Positions 13,118-24,690 of a stretch of DNA of 64,000 bases are shown piece by piece. The position numbers and the translations under genes were made by a program. The stretch covers positions 54,870,001 to 54,934,000 of the forward strand of contig CM060731.1 in the NCBI GenBank assembly GCA_030704615.1, given 5' to 3'. The first letter of the stretch is position 1; the number at the start of each line of letters is the position of its first letter. A model generated the notes under the pieces. It was not told where the DNA came from, ran no database searches, and saw only the letters and a program-made list of their open reading frames with translations. The stretch is from Takakia lepidozioides (Eukaryota; Plantae; Bryophyta).

Positions 13118-14246
13118 TGTCGCGCGGCTTTTACTCACCCATCCCTTCGCTATCCGAGGCGGAAACTCCAAGATAGAAGAGTTGGAAATCTCTAAGTACT
13201 CAGCCCGCGCAGAACAATCAGTCATGACCTACAACTAGGTGTATCATGGGGGTGTTTCCTATTGTTTCTTTTCCGCATTCATATTAGCTACCTTACCATT
13301 GATAATTAAGTATCAGTTTGCTTCATCAATTTATCGGTTCTTCACTCCTCCATTCAATCCAAGCTTCACTCAGATCTCTCTACACAGTGTGATTGTATCG
13401 TATAAGTATCAGATTATGATTTATCAGGTATCAGGCCGAAGCCATTGTGTCTCTATTCTCCTCTACAATATCCCTACAGCTTTGCATATAACAAGCATCT
13501 ACTAATAATCCTCTTTCTCCTTCATCGTGCTCACCGACTTCCGCTCCGTCTCACTCCGAAATCCCCTTCCCCGAATATAATAATAATGATCCCTTCATCA
13601 TTCCCCATTCTTCCCTTTATCCTCCTATCCCGCGGCTCTAACCGTTTCCCTCTCTAAACCGTCGTATGTGAACTAACATGTTCCCTTCACAGGTTGTTGT
13701 TCCCCACAGTCGTTCCTGTCCTACTCTTCGTTCCCTATTATCGTGACAGCTTGTGTCAAGCGGTGACTGGCTGTGGTTGGCTGTGTGTGGGATTGTTGTG
13801 TGATGTTTGTGCGGGTGTGGGGACTGGATTTGTGTGGCTGTGGCGGCGGGTGTTTGTGACTGGGATGTGTGGGCTGGTGTGTCTGTGTGTGACGACTGTG
13901 ACGGGCTTGTGTGGGCTGTGTGGGCTGTGACGATGTGACGGGGGTTGGGGTGTGAAGGGCCTGGTGGGCTTTTGTGTGGGCTGGGTATGTGCTTGTGTGT
14001 TGTGACGGCTGTGTGGGGATTATTGTTGTGACGACTGTGACGGGCTTGTGTTGTGTTGCTGTGGGTGGCTTGTGTGACCGTGAATGTGTGGGCTGTGACT
14101 GCTGTGTCGGATGTGTGGGCTATGTAACCCCCCTCTACAGGCGCTGTGTCACCCCTAAGGTTCCTGTTTGTCTCAGTCTGTTGCAAAAATTAAGGGTACC
14201 CTAAGATCCCGTATAAGTGTCCTAAGTCCCATACAGTTCTCTAACA
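13118..14246 (-). repeat. 3' LTR with internal GGCTGTGT-rich minisatellite
   Basis: Direct repeat of 17751-18717; PPT adjacent. Confidence 0.93.
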
Positions 14247-14249
14247 TTA

Positions 14250-14261
14250 CCCTTCCCCCTC
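14250..14261 (-). promoter_or_regulatory. Polypurine tract GAGGGGGAAGGG
   Basis: Lies 3 nt from the LTR start on the minus strand; equivalents at ~26124-26137 (+) and ~46806-46818 (-). Confidence 0.85.
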
Positions 14262-14511
14262 AAAAAGCCGTGTGTCCTCACGGTTTCTTGTTTCCGAGTA
14301 GCAAACCTTTGTGAGTGGCACCTTGTGACGTTGAGAGTTTCGTGGTGGGGCTGTGTGTAGAGCCCTGACCTCCAGTGTCTATTTTAAAGTAATTTCCGTT
14401 TTCACTCTTCCGTATCCATTTTCTGAAGTTATTATGTGTCCACTTGCCATGATTCTATGGATGGTGTAACTTGAGTAGGGGGGCTTGTGTTGTTGAGTGT
14501 GGACAGGCTGT

Positions 14512-15011
14512 NNNNNNNNNNNNNNNNNNNNNNNNNNNNNNNNNNNNNNNNNNNNNNNNNNNNNNNNNNNNNNNNNNNNNNNNNNNNNNNNNNNNNNNNN
14601 NNNNNNNNNNNNNNNNNNNNNNNNNNNNNNNNNNNNNNNNNNNNNNNNNNNNNNNNNNNNNNNNNNNNNNNNNNNNNNNNNNNNNNNNNNNNNNNNNNNN
14701 NNNNNNNNNNNNNNNNNNNNNNNNNNNNNNNNNNNNNNNNNNNNNNNNNNNNNNNNNNNNNNNNNNNNNNNNNNNNNNNNNNNNNNNNNNNNNNNNNNNN
14801 NNNNNNNNNNNNNNNNNNNNNNNNNNNNNNNNNNNNNNNNNNNNNNNNNNNNNNNNNNNNNNNNNNNNNNNNNNNNNNNNNNNNNNNNNNNNNNNNNNNN
14901 NNNNNNNNNNNNNNNNNNNNNNNNNNNNNNNNNNNNNNNNNNNNNNNNNNNNNNNNNNNNNNNNNNNNNNNNNNNNNNNNNNNNNNNNNNNNNNNNNNNN
15001 NNNNNNNNNNN
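14512..15011. other. Assembly gap (500 N)
   Basis: Run of N. Confidence 1.
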
Positions 15012-17730
15012 TCTTCTTACGGGAGGTATAGTTCTTGGCTTTACTTCTTGTTATCTTTCATCATTGTACTTCTTTTCTGGAGGTACTTTAACACAACTTC
15101 CTAACCATGTGAGCTGCCACCACTGGGCCCTCATTCACCCAGGAGCTCTCATCTCATTCTGGTGTCTTATCCAGAATGAACAGGCTGCCTTGCGATGTCC
15201 GGGCTGATTACATAGTAAACAGGCTCTCAACCATTGGGTCCTCGCCCTTGGTCTGTTCTTGGATTATTTCTATAATCCTGATTCCCGGGCTGGGGAATTC
15301 CCTCCCCTTGGATTACCCTGATAGTTGCCTCTGGAATTTCCTTGGTAATTCCCTCTGGACTATACGCTCCCCTCCATGCCATTGTTATACCACCAGACCT
15401 ACCATAGTGGTCCTGATCATTATTTCTTCGTGGCTGGGGCGTGCACTGATGCACCCTTACTTGCCTAGGTTCTCTTGCGCTGTCCTTCTGTTGTAGTACA
15501 CTTCTCAGTAGAATGTTTCCATTTTACAGATAGTACAGTGTTTCTCTCCTTCATGTGGCATTCTGCAGTGGTATGGCCTTCATTTCTGGCACTTTGCACA
15601 CCATACAAAACCCTTCCTCCAATGTGTTGCAGCCTCTGTGGGCATACTTCTTCAAGATTTCTTCCAATCTTTTCTCATAGTTATCCCTCTTCAACTTTCC
15701 TTTCTCTTACTCTTTCATTTTAGTTCTTGCTCTTCTTCTTCATCTGACTCCATCTTCAGAGTCCTCATCTTCCTTTTTCCTCTCTCCTGAGCATTCCCAA
15801 TTGCTCAATCTGTTTGCAGTTTCAAATGCCTCCGCCACTGTATTATGGGGTACATTATCCCTTTCCTTCTGCAACTCTGTTCTTAGTCCACTCACAAACC
15901 AAGTCTTCTGTTAACCCGGGTGCTGGTACTGCAGCCAGCTTTTTCCATCATCAATTCCATCTTCTCCATATACTCTTCACAATTTCATGCGTCTTCTGCT
16001 TCAGCTGTTGTAAAACTTCCATACACTTCATCCTCAAGTTTTACTTGTCCTTAACCTATTTCGAATGCTGTATTCAAGCCATTCCAGGTTGGAAATGATT
16101 ATCAGGGAATCTTGCATACCATTCACTTGCTTTCTTGATAGTGAACAAGGAAACAGTCTCATCTTGGCATATCGCCATTTCTCATTGTTCACTATACACA
16201 TGTGCTCAAATTGGCTAATGTGTACATCGGGATCCCCTTTTCCTGAATATATTGGAAATGGTGTGTTTGCCCGTGTTGGTTGTAACGCCATCTGTGCCCT
16301 ACCTTCTGCCCACTGACAGGTGCTGGCACCCTTGCTGGTGCTGGTCCTTCTGGACCTGTTTGTTTTTGTGGTGGATCTTCCACCAAGTGGTGGCCCTTGA
16401 GCACTCCCTGCTTCTGGCCCCCGATATTCACAGTATTCCCAGCTTCAGTTGCACTACTTCCCAACTCCCTGTCCCCCCAGAGCCAGATCCAGGAGCCCCG
16501 CCTGATCCCCCTGAGCCCCCTGCCACCACCTTCTTTGGCCTGTGATCTAAGTGCTCCACTTGATCCAGGCCAACGGTTGGGATGTCCTGGTTGTAGTCCT
16601 CAAACCTCAGCTGTTGGGTCTACTTCTTCATATTCCCTTTTTCCTCTTCCAATTTCTTCTCTCTGTTTTTCATCCTCCAGTTCTGCCCTTGGGGTTCTTC
16701 TTCACTCATGTAACTCAACTGTATGGTGTGGAGAGTCTGAACTCTCTTTGGCTCTTCCACATCCCTCATCTCCTTCTTCATCTTCTTCTGCTTCAGAAAC
16801 TGGAGTTCCTCCTGCTTTTGGTGTTCCATGCCAACTCTTATCAAGATTTCTGTCAAGTCTTTTATCCAAGGATGTACCTCAGATCTTTCACCTCGTGATT
16901 GATCTTCTTCCCTGTACCAATTCCCTTAATCTTTCTTGCAAAGAAACAGAAGGAGTGGCATCCAACTTTAGTTCTCTTCCGTATAGGTGATGCCACTTTT
17001 GATCTTGATGTGTGTGAGGGGTCCAGATGATTCCCCTATGTCTATTCCTCTCTCCCAAAGATATGGATAATTAGCTTTCAGATAGCTTTCTCTTTTGATG
17101 AATATCTTTGTCGTCTAGCTTCTCTTTCATCACTCATGTCCCATGTCTTTCATTTCTTTTAATGTGGCAATAACCCAAAACTCTCTTCTGTAATATCTCT
17201 CGTATATGCCTGGATTTCTTTCAAGCTTCAATGCCCCTTGGCTATACTTGAAGTCTCCGTTCCCATATAACCATATGGCAAACCAGGTCTGAAAAGCTGT
17301 TCTTGGTGTGAGTTTGATCCACAAAATATCCTTTGGAATCCAATTCTTTACCAGTACAAGCTCTTCATGCATATGAGTATAAAAACATTCACCTTTCTTT
17401 CTTCCCAGCCTTCAAACTCTACTTCGTTTAATGGATAGCAACGCTATCACATAAACTAATGTTGGTAACCAACGCTCTTCCTCTACAGGCTACAGATAAA
17501 TCTTTATCACTCCTTTCTCTCAGACCCCATTCTGGATCAGCATCATGCACTCGTTTAAGAATATTTTCTTTACATCCGTCTGGCAATTCCAAGAACCTTT
17601 GAAAGAATTGTTTGGACAATCTTTTCTCTCCTTCGTTCCACAGGGAATTTGATTCACTTCAAATTCTTTAATGGTCCAACCACCCATGATCCCACCAGAT
17701 GCCTGTCACATCTGGTTGTTCATGTCCCAG

Positions 17731-17748
17731 GTCCCCATGGGGTCGCCA
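17731..17748 (-). promoter_or_regulatory. Primer binding site TGGCGACCCCATGGGGAC (tRNA-Arg-like)
   Basis: 2 nt from the 5' LTR edge; resembles the TGGCGACTC-type Arg PBS of non-chromovirus gypsy elements. Confidence 0.8.
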
Positions 17749-17750
17749 AA

Positions 17751-18717
17751 TGTCGCGCGGCTTTACTCACCCACCCTTCGCTATCCGAGGCGGAAACTCC
17801 AAGATAGAAGAGTTGGAAATCTCTAAGTACTCAGCCCCGCAGAACAATCAGTCATGACCTACAGCTAGTGTATCATGGGGGTGTTTCCTATTTGTTTCCT
17901 TTTTCGCATTCATCTTAGCTACCTTACCATTGATAATTAAGTATCAGTTTGCTTCATCAATTTATCGGTGTCCTTCACTCCTCCATTCAATCCAACAGCT
18001 TCACTCAGATCTCTCTACACAGTGTGATTGTATCGTATAAGTATCAGATTATGATTTATCAGGTATCAGGCCGAAGCCATTGTGTCTCTATTCTCCTCTA
18101 CAATATCCCTACAGCTTTGCATATAACAAGCATCTCTAATCTCTTTCCTTCTTTCCTCCTTCATCGTGCCACCCGACTTCCGCTCCCGTCTCACTCCGAA
18201 ATCCCTCTTCCCCCGAATAATAATAATAATGATCCCTTCATCATTCCCCGTTCTTCCCTTTATCCTCCTATCCGCGGCTCTAACCGTTTCCCTCTCTAAC
18301 CGTCGTATGTGAAACTAACATGTTCCCTTCACAGGTGTTGTTCCCCACAGTCGTTCCCTGTCCTACTCTTCGTTCCCTATTATCGTGACAGCTGTGTCAA
18401 GCGGTGACTGGCTGTGTTTGGCTGTGTCGGGCTGTTGACTGGCTGTGTGGCTGTGCCGGGCTGTGACTGGCTGTGTGGGCTGTGTCTGCTGTGACGACTG
18501 TGACGGGCTGTGTGGGCTGTGTGGGCTGTGACGACTGTGACGGGCTGTGTGGGCTGTGTGGGCTGTGTTGGCTGTGTCGGCTGTGTGGGCTATGTAACCC
18601 CCCTCTACAGTGCGCTGCTGTCACCCCTAAGGTTCCTGTTTGTCTCAGTCTGTGCAAAAATTAAGGGTACCCTACAGATCCCGTATAAGTGTCTAAGTCC
18701 CCTACAGTCCTCTAACA
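17751..18717 (-). repeat. 5' LTR
   Basis: Direct repeat of 13118-14246; PBS adjacent. Confidence 0.93.
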
Positions 18718-19224
18718 CATTCCGCATCCTGGACCAGGAGAAACAGACATAACACCGTCAATAAAGGCACAAAAATTCCAATTCCGCGGATGCCCGCTCA
18801 TGAGCTCATAGGCTCATAGGCTCATAGGCTCACGGGCTTATGGGCTCATGAAATAGTAAACCTCACCTCGGATGGAAATTCGGCGCCGTTTTCCCATCCG
18901 GGGGATGTTCTCTGGCAGGCACGTGGGGCCGTCACCCTCCGATTTGACGCCATGTCGAATTAAATTCTTCCCCTCATTCCTGGGCAGCGTAGCTACGGCG
19001 TGAGCCCAGCCCCGTGAGCCTAGGAGCTGAGCTCACGTTGTAGCTGCAAAGCGTGAGCTGAGCTCACGTTTCAGGGAAGCGTGAGCAGCACAAATGTGCT
19101 GGAGAAGTAGGCCCTATAGGCAAGGATTGCATAAAGAGGGCCTATTATCGTGGACAAAACAAAGGGGCCACCAAGCACCATGTCTGCAATGTTTGCACAA
19201 AATGAGGAATATGAACATATGGCG

Positions 19225-19920
19225 CCAAGGGTGACCGTCATGTTTCTTGTCCATGCCCTGCAGAAGCCCAGCTAGTCCATTGGAAGACGTGGGAGGGTCG
19301 AGCTCAAACAAAATGTCCTCGTCAAACTCTGCTGGCACATATTGAACCCTCTCCACCCGAAGGGACTCCCAATCAACAAAACGCAGCTCGCTCTTGCATC
19401 CAGGCACCCCTGTGAGGGCTTTCAATTTCGGAATGACACTCGTTATCTCCTGCAATTCGTCATCATCCAAGAATGGAGTCTGGACTGGCGGAGGAATCTC
19501 AGAAACATCCTCCGAGGACGAGTCTGAAAGAGTCACGAATGTAGTGGATTTGCTCACCTCTTGTTTCACATGAACTGTGCCCTTCTGCTGCACGACTGAT
19601 GCTGCAGTGCCAGGGGCAACTACTAAGCCTGCTGATTGTCTTCTCTTTTTTCCTAGGACCCGATATGTGCCTGGAAGGCTCTCTCTCCACTTCCTCCCAC
19701 ACTCGCCAACCAATGGTTTCTGCAAGTGCCCAGAATCCAAATTCCCGTCCTCGTTTAACACCTCTTTTTGAACAAGCAGAGAACCCAATTCCAGAGAGAA
19801 CACTGTAACCAGCTCATCCTCATGAACAATTGCAAACCCATCGTCATCTGCAGTGGCAGTCAGTGGAAGACTACCTGCATTGGAATGAAATTGTGCGAGT
19901 CTGTCTCCCTCCCTGGACAT
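19225..19920 (-). pseudogene. N-terminal fragment of a MULE transposase
   Basis: KSELRFVDWESLRVERVQYVPAEFDEDILFELDPP...GMDKKHDGHPW aligns with CSELAALDYAKFPVRKVTYLPPEVDGNVIFEFPP...MDRKHDGHPW at 34380-34550. Confidence 0.85.
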
Positions 19921-20499
19921 GTTTTCCTACACTGAGCCAAAGTTGTCCGTAATTCTCGAGAGGGGATCCACCCCAATATGAACTGAGATGAATAAGGGTA
20001 GCATAGTCCCAATGACTGCGGCGATGTACGCAACGGATTTTTGGGTTTACAATTTTTGGTAAGCATGACATGCACGGCAAAAGACTGCACCGAACTCCAC
20101 AGTCAGCCGCACAAAGAGACACCAACCAGAAAAATTGTCTTCAAAGACAAGATGCCACAAGAAGCCGTATTGTGTTTGGATGAAATGCAAACCCTGCACA
20201 GGATATGAAGCCATCCATTATGGAAAGATGGCAACGTCCTCACAAGACCAATAAACATGATACCCCCAATCAAATTTGTTTGTGTTGTGCCAGAAGAGCA
20301 TATCACAAACACTGACACTCAAGGGGACACTCCGCACAATGGTATAGACAGCAGTCCAAAGCGCAAAGCCACTCCTGCGATTGGAGAGACATCGAACGCA
20401 GCACAAGGAAAGGTACAAGTCTGTCATGGAAGCTACTTTTTGTTTTGCTTCATGTTATACTGGCCCAGTTATGCAAGCTGAAGTGTGTGCAAGCTGAAG

Positions 20500-22152
20500 C
20501 CTCTTTGCTTGTTTTCTGATGTCTAAATGTGCCACACAGGGCCAGTGTGCCTTGTTCAAAACACCGCAGTTGAAAGCACCAAACAGTGTGCGGCAATGCA
20601 CACTGTTTGTGCCCCCCTCTGTGCCTGTCTTCTGATTTCAAAATGGGCCACACAGGGCAAGTATTCCATGTTCAAAATACCCCCAATTGGAAGAAACAAA
20701 TAGTGTGCGTCAACGCACACTGTTTGTGCGCCCTTTCCGATTGTTTTTTGATATCTAAATGTGCCACACAACGCGAGTGTGCCAAGTTCAAGACACCCGT
20801 TGTTGGAAACACCAAACAGTGTGCGTCAACACACACTGTTTGTGCCCCTCATTTCCAGCTTTTTTGTGATGTTTAAATGGCCCACACAGGGCCAGTGTGC
20901 CAAGTTGAAAACACCCGAAGTTGGAAACACCAAACAGTGTGTGCCAACGCACATCGTTTGTGCACCCCTTTCAGCCTGTTTTCTGATTTAAAAATAGGCC
21001 ATGTTTGATGTCTAAATGTGCCACACAGGGCCAGTGTACTATGTTCAAAACACCCGTGGTTGGAAACACCAAAGAGTGTGCGGCAACGCACACTGTCTGT
21101 GCCCCTCTCTCAGCCTGTTTTTTGATGTCCAAATGGGCCACACAGGGCCAGTATGCCATGTCAAAAAACCCCTAATTGGAAGCACCAAACAGTGTGCTTC
21201 AAAGCACACTGTTTGTGCTCCCATTTATGCTTGTTTATTGATGTCTAAATGGGCCACACAAGGCCAGTATGCCATGTAAAAAAACCCCATAGTTGGGAGC
21301 ACCAAACAGTGTGCGTCAACGCACACTGTTTGTGCCCCCCTTTCTAGTAGTTTTTTCATGTCTAAATGGGCCACACAGGGGCATTGTGCCAAGTTCAAAA
21401 CACCCGTAGTTGGAAGCACCAAGCTGTGTGCATCAACGCACACTATTTGTGCCCTCTCTCAGCCTGTTTTTGGATGTCCAAATGGGCCACACACGGCCAG
21501 AATGCCATGTCAAAAAACCCCATAGTTGGATGCACCAAACAGTGTGCGTCAACGCACACTGTTTGTGCCCCTCTCTCAGCCTGTTTTTCGATTTCAAAAT
21601 GGGCCACACAAGGCCAGTATGCCATGTCAAAAAACCCCAAATTGGAAGCACCAAACAGTGTGCTTCAAAGCACACTGTTTGTGCCACTTTATGCATGTTT
21701 TTTTGATGTCCAAATGGACCACACAGGGCCAGTGTGCCAAGGTCAAAACACCCGTAGTTGGAAGCACCAAATAGTGTGCTTCAACGCACACTATTTGTGC
21801 CCCCCTTTCCAGTTGTTTTCTGATGTCTAAATGGGCCACACAAGGCCAGTGTGCCAAGTTGAAAACACCCGTAGTTGGAAGCATCAAACAGTGTGTGTCA
21901 TCGCACACTGTTTGTGCCCCCCTTTCCAATTGTTTTTTGATGTCTAAATGTGCCACATAGGGCCTGTGTGCCAAGTTGAAAACACCCGTAGTTGGAAGCA
22001 CCAAACAGTGTGCGTCAATGCACACTGTTTGTGCACCCCTCTCAGCCTGTTTTTTTATTTAAAAATGTGCCATGTTTGATGTCTAAATGTGCCACACAGG
22101 GCTTGTGTACCATGTTCAAAACACCCGTAGTTGGAAGCACCAAAGAGTGTGC
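20500..22152. repeat. Tandem array, ~14 units of 115-118 bp, each with hairpin CAAACAGTGTGCG-TCAA-CGCACACTGTTTG
   Basis: Anchor AAATG(G/T)GCCACAC at 20525, 20641, 20757, 20875, 21014, 21131, 21247, 21364, 21480, 21597, 21712, 21829, 21946, 22063/22085. Confidence 0.95.
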
Positions 22153-22680
22153 GGGGATTGAAGGGATGCCGAAATTTACAAGAACCTCCTGATGGGTTTG
22201 GGAGGACACACTTCTCAAGTCCTTCCAAAGCCCCTTCCCGGTGATATTGATACAGGGGAGTCGTCCGACAAGGAGCTGGACTCCGACTTTGCCTGTGAGT
22301 AAGTTCAAGCTGTGGATGCTTGCATTCTTGTTTCAATACCCAAAATCACTGTTCTTAAGGCAAAGTGCACATGGGAGACATCCTCTTCGTTGGACTTGTG
22401 CATTGCATCATTGTATTCAAAATGGGTTTTTGTCAACTTGTGCAGGAGTCCGAGTGCTTCCACTGACCCTCCAGGGCTATCACACATTTTTGGACTTTCT
22501 TCAAGTCCTCCTCAGTCTTACATGCTACCCGTCTATGCGGAGGCACTCGCAACAAGCACGTCTGTTCATGGCACTCGCAGTCCAACCATCAACGGCCATG
22601 ATAGAAGATGTGGTGTTGGTGCCGGAATCTTTGTGGATGACATAGCACAGTAGGTCGATTCTGATTCTGTTGACTGTGAC
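22151..22680 (+). pseudogene. 3' remnant (two exons) of a methyltransferase-like gene homologous to 29606-31592
   Basis: GIE(1-nt deletion)DAEIYKNLLMGL plus acidic run; phase-2 intron 22299-22445; then SSPPQSYMLPVYAEALA...FVDDIA, matching TSPVKDYSLPSYAAKLA...FICDSA. Confidence 0.75.
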
Positions 22681-23029
22681 ACTTGATATCAAGTTTTCTC
22701 TTACTTTTGTTCGGGGCCAATTTTGAAATGGGATGGTTGTGTGTCCTTGTTGTCCTATTTGCAATGTGTGCGCGGGATGCAAACTCCTAGGAACAAACTA
22801 TCGTTGGAGATGGGGGTTGCATGGACTGCCCGAATTGTTCTCTCAATCTCTTTAGTGTTTTCCAGAGCTCACAGGCTTGTGTGCATTGCAAAAACAAACA
22901 AACATCTTTGGTTTGGGCAGAGCATTCTCGCATCATTTGCTCGATGGTCTCCAAACCATTCCTGCTAGAAGAATGCTTAGTAAATCCATCACGTTAAAGT
23001 CCACGTGATCAAAGATCGTTCAGGCATTC

Positions 23030-23137
23030 TTCAGGTGAGCATCTATGATGCTCCCGCACTTACCATACATGTTTGCAAGGGTGGTGAGTAAGAAAACATG
23101 TCGCAGGGATCCGCTTTGGATGATGTGAGGGTGCACC
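23030..23137 (-). pseudogene. PLS-class PPR gene fragment (end of L motif plus S motif) inside the MULE
   Basis: VHPHIIQSGSLRHVFLLTTLANMYGKCGSIIDAH. Confidence 0.8.
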
Positions 23138-23409
23138 TACTCACGACGTAGCCACATTCCAATGTAAGGGCTTGGTATGTTAATAACGTCTAAATGGATG
23201 CAATGGATAGAAAGGATGGATACAATGGATGTAACACATCCACTCTGCATTCCCTGGAAAGGGCTGATCAACCCGCGGTAATAGGTGACACCCGCGGAAA
23301 TAGGCCTTGTATGCATGCTGACGTGGCGTGAGCCTGTCGTGGGCTCACGGGATCTTGGGCTCACAGGCTCACGCCTCCGGGCTCACGGAATAGCACCCCC
23401 CCCCCCCAT

Positions 23410-24462
23410 TCAACCAGCCAGGCTCTGGCTAAGGCTGCGTCTGCTGCATCCAACCCTGCTTGCAGTATCAGCTTCTCCAGCTGCTGCTTCCATTCTTGTT
23501 CATTGCCCATGGCAATGTCTCTTTCTGTGGTGGCGGTAAACAGCCTGCTCTCAGCGTTCTCCCTTTCCTTCAGCAGTGTAGTGTTGCTGTTGAGCCACTT
23601 GGTTCCCTGACCTCTGGCAGTCCTCAGCTGCCCCTTGAGTGTCTCCACCTGCTGCTTTAACGTTTGCACATGTGTTGTGAGTGTTTCCACCTCTGTCTCT
23701 ATTTTCCGAGATCTCTCTCGCTCTGCATCAAGGTCAGCTTGGACATGGCATGTTTTGTCTCTCTGTCTTTCCCACTTCTGCTCCCACTCATCTCTGCGTT
23801 GTGCCAAAGTGTTGTATTGGCGAAGTAGGGTCGACTTTTGATCTTCTAATGCTGCAATCGTAACCTCATGGTTACATACTGTTCTTGCAGCGGTCAATTC
23901 TCTTTGGTGCTTCTCTTTGATGTGGTCTAAGATCATGCTCATGTTTTCCGGGCTAATGTATTCCTTAGCCTTGTCCATACAAGCTGTTAGTTGACCCAAT
24001 GCTTGTATTGCCTGCAGAATGACATTTTGTGGCATCTCCTCCAACCCTGTGTCCCATGCTGTTGTATCCAGAACTTGTTGTGCTAGTAGTAATTCCAAAT
24101 TGGAATTTCTGTCTTGCTGCTGCTGATTTGGTGCCTCTTGCACCATTTGTTGTTGTTGCTGGCTGGGTGCCTCTTGCACTAACTGCTGTTGCTGTGCCAC
24201 TATGTCTCCCTCCTGTGTTCTTGGTTGTGTGACCTCTGTGTTTTTTGCTTGCTGGGTTTCGGTGTTGCCATGGCTAATTTCCATGGGCGTTGCTTCGTTG
24301 GTTTCCTCCTTCTAGCTGTTGATTCTCCCCTTCTCTCTGCACTGGGGAATCAGCCGCCGAGTTAATGATGTCCTCTGCTGCTGTACTTGTGGTTGCTTCG
24401 TTGATCCGAGCTCTCTTTGCAAGTCCGCCCTCTTCTTCTTCCTGTCCTATTGCTGTCTCACT
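23410..24462 (-). pseudogene. Q/E-rich coiled-coil ORF fragment, probably the extra ORF of a related gypsy family
   Basis: ORFs 23361..24284 and 24274..24465; composition and layout parallel 3749-5716, but no clear nucleotide match; bounded by a MULE end and a CACTA end. Confidence 0.45.
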
Positions 24463-24690
24463 CACTACAACAGATGAGCGTTTTTATGACTGCACATATG
24501 ACTATTTTTTCAGTCCTATATGCGTTCATGACTACATCACTCTGTAGTGAAAAAAGCCCTGTCACAGCGACTAGTCTTTAGGACTGCATTTTGCAAGTCA
24601 TAGCCGTGACTGCGTGCGTGGCACCTGGAGTCAAGCATAAGAGAGTGATGTAGTTACAACTCTATGACTTACATGCGACTAACTATATGA
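24463..24690 (+). mobile_element. Left end of a CACTA element; probably resumes at 27095 after the LTR-element fragment
   Basis: CACTACAACA terminus followed by ATGACT subterminal motifs; ATGACT, GCCACGTG and an AT-rich block at 27095-27330 resemble 42740-43270. Confidence 0.7.

Larger units (their letters stand above)
13118..18717 (-). mobile_element. Non-chromovirus Ty3/gypsy element with both LTRs and 5-bp TSD CATTC; pol falls in the assembly gap and the extra ORF is deleted
   Basis: LTRs 13118-14246 and 17751-18717 (TGTCGC...CTAACA on +); CATTC at 13113-13117 and 18718-18722; PPT and PBS present; gag FPIYSGKGDPDVHISQFE at ~16205-16265. Confidence 0.93.
11841..18864. mobile_element. Remnant of a third MULE-like element (11841-13117 and 18718-18864), interrupted by the LTR element at 13118-18717
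   Basis: Palindromes like GGGAATTTCGGCGCCGAAATACC at ~12131, 12264, 12325, 12381 and 13091. Right end has GGCTCAT repeats then CTCATGAAATAGTAAACCTC, the same terminus as at 43754. No transposase recognised; left boundary inferred from loss of gag similarity. Confidence 0.55.
18900..23401. mobile_element. Internally deleted MULE ('family D'): transposase 5' part (-), 117-bp hairpin array, MTase-like 3' remnant (+), PPR fragment
   Basis: GTGAGC repeats at ~18999-19090 are inverted relative to GCTCAC repeats at ~23340-23390. Right end GCTCACGGAATAGCACCCC resembles the terminus GCTCATGAAATAGTAAACCTC. Left boundary approximate. Confidence 0.7.

Noticed and set aside
13638-15207. His/Thr-rich and poly-X ORFs
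   Set aside because: Products of the LTR minisatellite and the N gap.
20450-22192. ORFs with HTVCAP / CVAHLD repeats
   Set aside because: Translations of the 117-bp array.
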